Shown: one piece after another, positions 58,159 to 64,000 of the stretch
How positions within the stretch are numbered: the first letter of the stretch is position 1
Layout of the letters: the number at the start of each line of letters is the position of its first letter
Source of the DNA: a virus
DNA: 64,000 bases
Virus record (IMG/VR): IMGVR_UViG_3300044797_000396
Span: 1-64,000 of that record
Reading direction: 5' to 3' (one strand)
Notes under the pieces: generated by a model
Told to the model about the DNA's origin: nothing
Seen by the model: the letters and a program-made list of their open reading frames with translations, nothing else
Database searches by the model: none
Translations under genes and position numbers: made by a program

Positions 58159-59461
58159 AACTTATGTTCTTGATACTAGTGTTCTTATTTATGATCCTGC
58201 TGCGTGGAGATGCTTTCCGAATGCTATGTGTTTGGTGCCCATTGCCGTCCTTAATGAACTAGACAATCTGAAAAAAGGCCCTGCGGAAGCTGGTAAAAAT
58301 GCCAGAGTAGCCATTAGATTGCTAGATGATATTTGCGACCAAGGCGATATCAGCACTGGTATATTGTTAGACAATGATATTCTACTTAAAATAGATGCTA
58401 CTTACCGTAATTGTGCCTTGCCGCCCTATGATGGATTAGGCGATGCTACTTACGGCGATACGCACATTTTAGCCTGTCTTTGTGAAACTTGGCACAACCA
58501 TCCCGAACGTGATGTTACCTTGGTTAGTAACGATATCAATTTGCGTGTTAAGGCCAAGTCTCGTGGTATTGATGCAGAAGCTCACGAAGGAAAAAGATAT
58601 TCTCTTAGTGATTTATATGCTGGCAATCAAATTGTTGTCCATGAAGATGCCGGTATGGATTTACAACAAAATGGCTTCATTGATCCGAGAGTGTACGGCC
58701 TAAATCTAGCGCCTCATGAGTGCGTGCTGTTTCAAGCCGACAATGGCGATGGCATTACTATGGGCCGTCAAGTAGCCCCGGATAAAGTCAAAGTGGTTCG
58801 CAAGCAATACCCTTGGGATCTTGCTAGTCGTAACAAAGAACAAAGCTACGCTATTGATTTAATTATGGATAAAAATATCGACTTGGTAACCCTTATTGGT
58901 CAAGCTGGTACTGGCAAAAGCTTAATAGTATTAGCCTGTGCCTTGGAATTGGTTTTAAGTCGTAAAGAATATGATAAATTTATTATCTATCGCCCTATTC
59001 AGCCAGTAGGTAATGATATTGGTTATTTGCCAGGCACTATGGAAGAGAAATTAGCTCCTTGGTTTGGTGCTATTATGGATAATTTTGAGCTTCTTTTCTC
59101 TAATAAAAATAATGGAGATTGGAAGAGGGAATTAGAAATGTATCAAAAGAAAGGCAAGATTGAAATGGAGGCTATTACCTACATCAGAGGTCGTAGTATT
59201 CCTAATACTATTATTTTGGTAGATGAATGTCAAAACCTCAGTAAGGGAGAAGTGAAAACTATTCTCACTCGTGCCGGAGAAAATACTAAAATAATTTTGA
59301 CGGGAGACCTAGATCAAATTGACAATTCTGGGCTGGATGCTGTTAACAATGGGCTAACTAATGTTATAGAGAAGTTTAGAACCTCTGAGTTGGCCGGTCA
59401 TATTACCTTCACTCAGGGAGAACGTAGTAAGTTGGCTTCCAAAGCCGCCGAGATTTTGTAA
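58151..59461 (+). CDS. phoH: PhoH-family ATPase with N-terminal PIN domain
   Basis: YVLDTSVL, ELDNLK, LVSNDINLRVKA (PIN); GQAGTGKS, IGYLPG, YIRGRS, DECQN, GDLDQID. Confidence 0.9.
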   Translation: MPKTYVLDTSVLIYDPAAWRCFPNAMCLVPIAVLNELDNLKKGPAEAGKNARVAIRLLDDICDQGDISTGILLDNDILLKIDATYRNCALPPYDGLGDATYGDTHILACLCETWHNHPERDVTLVSNDINLRVKAKSRGIDAEAHEGKRYSLSDLYAGNQIVVHEDAGMDLQQNGFIDPRVYGLNLAPHECVLFQADNGDGITMGRQVAPDKVKVVRKQYPWDLASRNKEQSYAIDLIMDKNIDLVTLIGQAGTGKSLIVLACALELVLSRKEYDKFIIYRPIQPVGNDIGYLPGTMEEKLAPWFGAIMDNFELLFSNKNNGDWKRELEMYQKKGKIEMEAITYIRGRSIPNTIILVDECQNLSKGEVKTILTRAGENTKIILTGDLDQIDNSGLDAVNNGLTNVIEKFRTSELAGHITFTQGERSKLASKAAEIL

Positions 59462-59470
59462 GGAGTTTTC

Positions 59471-59857
59471 ATGTCCAAAGATAAAAAACGTAATCCGCAG
59501 CCAGTGGTCCCAGGAGTAGCTGTAACCCCTGATGCTGCCCCAGTTGTTGATAATGTTCCACCACCAGTAGTTGTGCCAGTTCCCGCCGTGGTAGCTCCTG
59601 TTCCAGTGGCACCACCCACCCCAAAGTTGATGGATGTGGATAAGATGGCTTTGGATTTGGCCAAAGAGCGCAGACAAACTGCCTTGGCAGAGGCTAAGAC
59701 TGCTTTGGCTAAGAACGAGAATGCCGAGCTTGGTTTCAAGTATATTGTTCTACAACTATATATGAAATATGGGCTTTCTTCTTCCGACGCTATCGGAGAA
59801 GATGGAACGATTGTTATTGGTGGGGCTGCTCAGGTAGCTCAGCAACAAGGCCAGTAA
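59471..59857 (+). CDS. Hypothetical protein, Pro/Val-rich N-terminus
   Basis: AGGAG RBS, low-complexity N-terminus followed by a coiled coil. Confidence 0.65.
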   Translation: MSKDKKRNPQPVVPGVAVTPDAAPVVDNVPPPVVVPVPAVVAPVPVAPPTPKLMDVDKMALDLAKERRQTALAEAKTALAKNENAELGFKYIVLQLYMKYGLSSSDAIGEDGTIVIGGAAQVAQQQGQ

Positions 59858-60114
59858 TGGAGTTCGCTGATCTCTCCCTTACTGATTTAATTGCCATTAG
59901 GCAGTATGTGGTCAATTCCACGGCCTTACCCGCTATTGACAGAAAAACGGTCAACGAGCTCAATGGTATTCTTTTGCTTTTGGACGAAAAAATTATCAGT
60001 ATCTTGACAGGCCCCGCCTTCAAGGCTTACATTGGCTATGCGGATGTCCAAGAAGCTAAATTGAGGGCTGCTAATATTACTAATATTTATTCTGGAATTA
60101 AAGGAAGAAAGTAA
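59857..60114 (+). CDS. Hypothetical protein
   Basis: 85 aa, TAATG coupled. Confidence 0.6.
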   Translation: MEFADLSLTDLIAIRQYVVNSTALPAIDRKTVNELNGILLLLDEKIISILTGPAFKAYIGYADVQEAKLRAANITNIYSGIKGRK

Positions 60115-60123
60115 GTCAAAACC

Positions 60124-60933
60124 ATGAGAACGAACATTCCCAAAGGATCGTTCAGCGATAATAATTTAGTGCGTCTCAAAAATGAAGATTGGTTGCAAAA
60201 ACAAAGGGTTGCTGGCAAAATTGCTGCTAGCGCCCTTTTGCTATTGGACAACGAAGTCAAGCAAGGTACCACTAAAACATTATTAGAGTTGGACAAATTA
60301 GCAGAAACTTACATTAGAGATAATGGTGGTATACCTACTTTTTTGATGTATAAAGGATTTCCCAATTCTGTTTGTGTAAGCGTGAATAAACAATTAGTTC
60401 ACGGTATACCTACCGATTATGTTTTGCAAGAAGGGGACATAGTTAGTTTTGATCTAGGAGTGACGGTTGAAGGAGGAGCTATTGCCGATACTGCTATTAC
60501 TTGCCTTTTTGGTAAGCCTAAATCAGAAAAACATATTCAGTTAATCAAAGATACAGAAGAAGCCTTGATGCGTGGTATTCGAGCTATTAAGGTGGGCGAT
60601 AGGCTAGGTGTTATTGGAGAGGCTATTTATAAATATAGCCGTAAACATAATTATGGGGTCATCAATAATTATGGTGGTCATGGCTTAGATTGGAATATTC
60701 CGCACGCCTCGCCATTTGTGGAAAACAAATCAGATCATACCAAGGGAATGAGAATTCAACCAGGACTTACCATAGCCATCGAACCAATGTTTACCTTAGG
60801 TTCTACCACCACTACCACCGCCGAGGATGGTTGGACGGTGGTAACGCCCGATCTGAGTGCGCACTTTGAGCATTCTATTTTTGTCCACGACACTCATGTA
60901 GAGATTATTACTGATAGGAGTAATTTGTGCTAA
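60124..60933 (+). CDS. map: Methionine aminopeptidase type I
   Basis: YKGFPNSVCVSVN..VHGIP, GDIVSFDLG, DTA.T, GHG, IAIEPM, DGWTVVT, SAHFEHSI. Confidence 0.92.
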   Translation: MRTNIPKGSFSDNNLVRLKNEDWLQKQRVAGKIAASALLLLDNEVKQGTTKTLLELDKLAETYIRDNGGIPTFLMYKGFPNSVCVSVNKQLVHGIPTDYVLQEGDIVSFDLGVTVEGGAIADTAITCLFGKPKSEKHIQLIKDTEEALMRGIRAIKVGDRLGVIGEAIYKYSRKHNYGVINNYGGHGLDWNIPHASPFVENKSDHTKGMRIQPGLTIAIEPMFTLGSTTTTTAEDGWTVVTPDLSAHFEHSIFVHDTHVEIITDRSNLC

Positions 60934-61184
60934 CTATTCGAGATTGTAATATAAGTATGAGCGCGGCTCGCCAAGATCCTCTGATCTCTGAAGAAGACAA
61001 TGGTGATATTATTCTAGATAAACTTATAATTCACGATCTGGATTACGTTATACGGCTAGAACAAGAATTCGGTGTCAAACTAAAGTTCAAGCTAATGTTG
61101 GCGGTGGATGAGCCGGGCGGTCCCACTGGCTATTATGATGAAAATGATATTCGCAAGGTATTAAGCAACAAGGCGTTTTGGTGA
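60927..61184 (+). CDS. Small hypothetical protein with C-terminal tag (KVLSNKAFW)
   Basis: 85 aa, AGGAG RBS before GTG. The terminus matches the tag. Confidence 0.65.
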   Translation: MLTIRDCNISMSAARQDPLISEEDNGDIILDKLIIHDLDYVIRLEQEFGVKLKFKLMLAVDEPGGPTGYYDENDIRKVLSNKAFW

Positions 61185-61188
61185 TTAA

Positions 61189-61404
61189 ATGAGTGTCGTA
61201 ATCGCAGATGTAGCTGATAGTAATATCCTTCTAATTGCTGATGGTATTTCCAAAGGAATATCAGAGAAAGAAATAATTGAGGCGTATATTATCGTTGGGT
61301 TCGGGATGGCGGATATTACACTATTATTAGCGGCCGCAAAATTACTATGCACGGATCGTAAAAACGTTCAACCCACCAAAAAATTATTTAAGAGGGTAGT
61401 ATGA
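61189..61404 (+). CDS. Small hypothetical protein
   Basis: 71 aa ORF in the operon. Confidence 0.55.
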   Translation: MSVVIADVADSNILLIADGISKGISEKEIIEAYIIVGFGMADITLLLAAAKLLCTDRKNVQPTKKLFKRVV

Positions 61405-61577
61405 AAATAATTTTCGAGGATAAATCATTTGTGGAGTGCGCCAAATCCAATACCCCTGGCAAAGTAGTTATTACTATTAGTGCGAAAGATGGCACAGACC
61501 CCCTTAAAAAAATTATCAATGCCGTAGAGATTACCGAAAAAGAATTCCAAAGACTGATTAGCGATGTCCAAGCCTAA
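61401..61577 (+). CDS. Small hypothetical protein (58 aa, not in ORF track)
   Basis: ATGA overlap, GAGGG RBS. MKIIFEDKSFVECAKSNTPGKVVITISAKDGTDPLKKIINAVEITEKEFQRLISDVQA. Confidence 0.6.
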   Translation: MKIIFEDKSFVECAKSNTPGKVVITISAKDGTDPLKKIINAVEITEKEFQRLISDVQA

Positions 61578-61833
61578 AAACTCAATCTGCCCAATGTGCA
61601 AAGAATGGATGATTGATTGGGCAGATGGTAGCCAGTGTGGACAGTGTGGTATTGTATATTGGTCAGCATCAAGCATTGAAGCTCAAATAGGCATTAGGTC
61701 TTCCAATACAAAATCGGAATGGTCGCAGATACCTTTACCTGTCGATCAGCCATATTATTATTTTATAGAGCACGAAAAATTTTATACCGTCTCAGAGATG
61801 GAAAGATTATGTCGTCTGAAAGCATTCCTATGA
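61564..61833 (+). CDS. Zinc-ribbon small protein with C-terminal tag (RLCRLKAFL)
   Basis: CPMC..CGQC, paralog of 61830..62084. Confidence 0.7.
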   Translation: MSKPKNSICPMCKEWMIDWADGSQCGQCGIVYWSASSIEAQIGIRSSNTKSEWSQIPLPVDQPYYYFIEHEKFYTVSEMERLCRLKAFL

Positions 61834-62084
61834 ACCATATCTGCCCTATGTGTAAGCAAGAAATGGATGTGGCCGGTCGATGTATGAAATGTGATATCAT
61901 ATACTGGTCACTTGAAGAGCTGGAAGAATTACAAAGTAAAAATGGTGATATCTTTGCTACTGAGCCGTGGTCAAAAATACGTCTCAATCCCATCGATCAA
62001 TCATATTATTATTTTTTTAAACACGGAAAATTTTATACCGTTCCAGAAATGGAACGTCTTACAAAATTGAAGGCATTTCTATGA
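61830..62084 (+). CDS. Zinc-ribbon small protein with C-terminal tag (RLTKLKAFL)
   Basis: True start is likely ATG 61830 (ATGA overlap). CPMC..CMKC, shares WS.I.L..P.DQ.YYYF..H.KFYTV.EMERL with the upstream ORF. Confidence 0.7.
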   Translation: MNHICPMCKQEMDVAGRCMKCDIIYWSLEELEELQSKNGDIFATEPWSKIRLNPIDQSYYYFFKHGKFYTVPEMERLTKLKAFL

Positions 62085-62632
62085 AAGTTTATTTTATTGG
62101 ATCTCACGCAACAGGAAAAAGTACACTTGCTAGGTATACTTCCCAGAAATACAATCTCCCTATGATTTCCGAAACTGCCAGAGCAATTCTCTCGGAGCAG
62201 GAGATGCAAATAGACACTTTACGATACGATCTAGATACGGCGGATAAATATCAACAACAAGTTTTCGATCGTCAAATATCAGAAGAACAGAAACACTCTT
62301 CTTTTGTATCCGATCGTAGTGTGATAGATATTCTTGCTTATTCGGGACAACACGCCCGTATTTTACCCCAGTTGATGCGGGCATCGGAGTTGGAGCCCTA
62401 CTTGTCAATTTTACGCGAGCCAGGCTCATTTATTTTCTTCGTCAAACCTTCTAAGGCCACTCTGAAAGCTGACGGAGTACGAGAGAGCCTAAATTGGGAC
62501 GGAGTGGTGGCCATCGATGCCATGTGCAAATTTATGCTCAATATGTGGAATTTGCCGCATTTCCAAATTAATATGGATAATATGCAAGAGCGTGTTAGAT
62601 TGATCGACTCCGTTCTTCGACCTAAATCCTAA
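62081..62632 (+). CDS. P-loop NTPase / nucleotide-kinase-like (AAA_28/NadR-type)
   Basis: GSHATGKSTLA, ISETAR, FVSDRSVIDILAY, DGVRE. Confidence 0.75.
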   Translation: MKVYFIGSHATGKSTLARYTSQKYNLPMISETARAILSEQEMQIDTLRYDLDTADKYQQQVFDRQISEEQKHSSFVSDRSVIDILAYSGQHARILPQLMRASELEPYLSILREPGSFIFFVKPSKATLKADGVRESLNWDGVVAIDAMCKFMLNMWNLPHFQINMDNMQERVRLIDSVLRPKS

Positions 62633-62662
62633 CCCGAAATAGCCATATTACGATATAGTCGT

Positions 62663-64000
62663 ATGGCAAACGTAATAACCCCAGGTTTCATTTTTTGGGA
62701 TGGTTTTAAGTATATCACTACTCCCGTTGTCCCACCAGGTGGTAATAGTATCACTACTTTGGATGGAGATGTGCTTGCTGCTGGCCCAGGCCCAGCCGAA
62801 GCCACTGTGGTGGGCATTAGAGACATTACAGTGCCCGTCCCCTCTAGTAACTTTACCGTTCTACAATATAATAACGGGGCTTATTCTTGGGCTGCCGTGG
62901 GCGCTAGTGGTATCACCGCCCTAACAGGGGATGTTAGTGCATCCGGTTCAGGTTCGGTTGCTGCTGTCGTGGAAGGCCTGAAAAACATTGCTGTGCCCAC
63001 ACCGTCCGGCACCAATACAGTCCTACAATACAATAGCGGAGCTTATTCTTGGGCTACCGTGACCCTTGCGCCAGGAACTCCTGGCCAAGTGCTAATGACC
63101 AATGGTAGTTCGGCCACTACCTGGACCACATTATCAGGAGATGTGACGGTCAGTGCTACGGGCGTTACCACGGTCGGCAAAATACAGGGCGTAACTATTT
63201 CTGGCACCCCTTCTGCTGGTGAAGTGTTAGTTGCTACCTCTTCTACCGCAGCTGATTGGGCCATTATCAGTCGTGCCTATAGTAATGTTCTCTATGTTTC
63301 TCAAACTGGAAACGACACTACGGGCAATGGTTCGTTCAACCTTCCGTTTGCCACCTATAGTAAGGCGTCAACCGTCGCCACTACAGGCGGGGCTACCGCT
63401 GGCAATCTGTATTGCGTCTTTTTTGGTCCGGGATCTTACTCAGAAAACATCGTCTTAGCTCCGTGGGTAGATCTTTGCGGAATGGACAATGGAGAATCCA
63501 CCATTCTTAGCGGAAACATGAACATCTCTTCTGCTTGGTCTGGTATCTCTGGATTTACCGCTATTGTCTCTAATTGTGATGTAGGAGGAACTGTTGATAT
63601 CGATGCTCTGGCATTCAGCGCTGGCGGAAATTCTAGCATACAGTTTGGCAATTGCTACATCGAATGTCCAGGCAATTTCAGCGCAAAGGGCTGGGGACCA
63701 ACTCCTGGTGCGGGATCTGAATTTCAGATTCTCATTTTTAACAGCACTGTTGATTGTCATGTGACAGTCAGCGACATTTTGTTGGTTCTCCTTAACGCCG
63801 ATTTCTACGATGATGGGCGAACATTCCTTGCCATGACCGCTCCCACTTATGGAGGAACACTAGATAGCCTTGGTGGTGGAATTGGCTGTGACGTTACTGT
63901 TGATGGCTATTCTGGAAATACTATGTCTGTGGCTTTGACGGGCACCAGTGTTAGCGGACTACTCACTCTCAATGGCACGTTGGCTACCTATACCTCTACG
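62663..64000 (+). CDS. Tail fibre/tailspike-like protein (3'-truncated; not in ORF track)
   Basis: Open from ATG 62663 to the window end. Two ~54-aa repeats (IT.L.GDV.A.G.G...A.V.G...I.VP.PS...TVLQYN.GAYSWA), then LYVSQTGNDTTGNGSFNLPFATYSKA...FGPGSYSENI, typical of the start of beta-helix domains. Confidence 0.75.
   Translation, partial: MANVITPGFIFWDGFKYITTPVVPPGGNSITTLDGDVLAAGPGPAEATVVGIRDITVPVPSSNFTVLQYNNGAYSWAAVGASGITALTGDVSASGSGSVAAVVEGLKNIAVPTPSGTNTVLQYNSGAYSWATVTLAPGTPGQVLMTNGSSATTWTTLSGDVTVSATGVTTVGKIQGVTISGTPSAGEVLVATSSTAADWAIISRAYSNVLYVSQTGNDTTGNGSFNLPFATYSKASTVATTGGATAGNLYCVFFGPGSYSENIVLAPWVDLCGMDNGESTILSGNMNISSAWSGISGFTAIVSNCDVGGTVDIDALAFSAGGNSSIQFGNCYIECPGNFSAKGWGPTPGAGSEFQILIFNSTVDCHVTVSDILLVLLNADFYDDGRTFLAMTAPTYGGTLDSLGGGIGCDVTVDGYSGNTMSVALTGTSVSGLLTLNGTLATYTST

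Noticed and set aside
46430-61404. Second C-terminal motif KR[IV]V (ORFs ending 47035 and 61404)
   Set aside because: Only two short instances, both explained by GTA-TGA/ATGA overlaps. Not distinguishable from chance.
36933-62084. KLKAF tag as a DNA repeat (attC-like site, CRISPR repeat, terminator)
   Set aside because: The copies differ at synonymous positions, show no palindrome or regular spacing, and are always in frame at a stop. Conservation is at peptide level.
94-63760. Numerous minus-strand and nested ORFs of 60-180 aa in the ORF track
   Set aside because: They overlap well-supported + strand genes, lack RBS or motifs, and look like shadow ORFs.
1-64000. Stop-codon reassignment
   Set aside because: Genes are long and tightly packed under code 11. 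TAA, TGA and TAG all end genes at sensible boundaries.
1-64000. tRNA genes, CRISPR arrays, DGR template/variable repeats
   Set aside because: Intergenic gaps are short (mostly under about 105 nt). I saw no cloverleaf, spaced repeat array, long near-identical repeat or reverse transcriptase by eye.

Overview
This window is part of a large (jumbo-type) myovirus genome. It is AT-rich, uses the standard genetic code, and essentially all genes are on the + strand. Positions 1-34 kb are a contractile-tail module: sheath (partial), tube, a tail chaperone with a -1 frameshift site, tape measure, hub/spike, gp25-like and baseplate-J-like wedges, and very large LamG- and dockerin-motif baseplate proteins. 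Positions 34-41 kb hold three glycosyltransferases, an RmlB-like dehydratase and an Fpg glycosylase. Positions 41-64 kb hold a tubulin/FtsZ-family (PhuZ/TubZ-like) gene, Sm/Hfq-like small proteins, a GH25 endolysin, SF2 helicase, DnaC-like loader, DnaB, sigma factor, NrdB/NrdA, PIN-PhoH, Met aminopeptidase and a partial tail fibre. Four free-standing endonuclease genes are scattered through the window. The main unexplained signal is that ten small, mostly unrelated ORFs inserted between core genes all end in the same 9-residue C-terminal tag, [RK]-hydrophobic/Ala-x-K-L-K-A-F-hydrophobic-stop (eight clear, two variant). The tag is conserved as protein, with variable synonymous codons, which suggests a modular 'variable domain + common docking/sorting tail' system. 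A second signal is strong enrichment of the tripeptide DGY in the baseplate/fibre proteins encoded next to the glycosylation genes. All functional calls come from motif recognition by eye; no searches were run.
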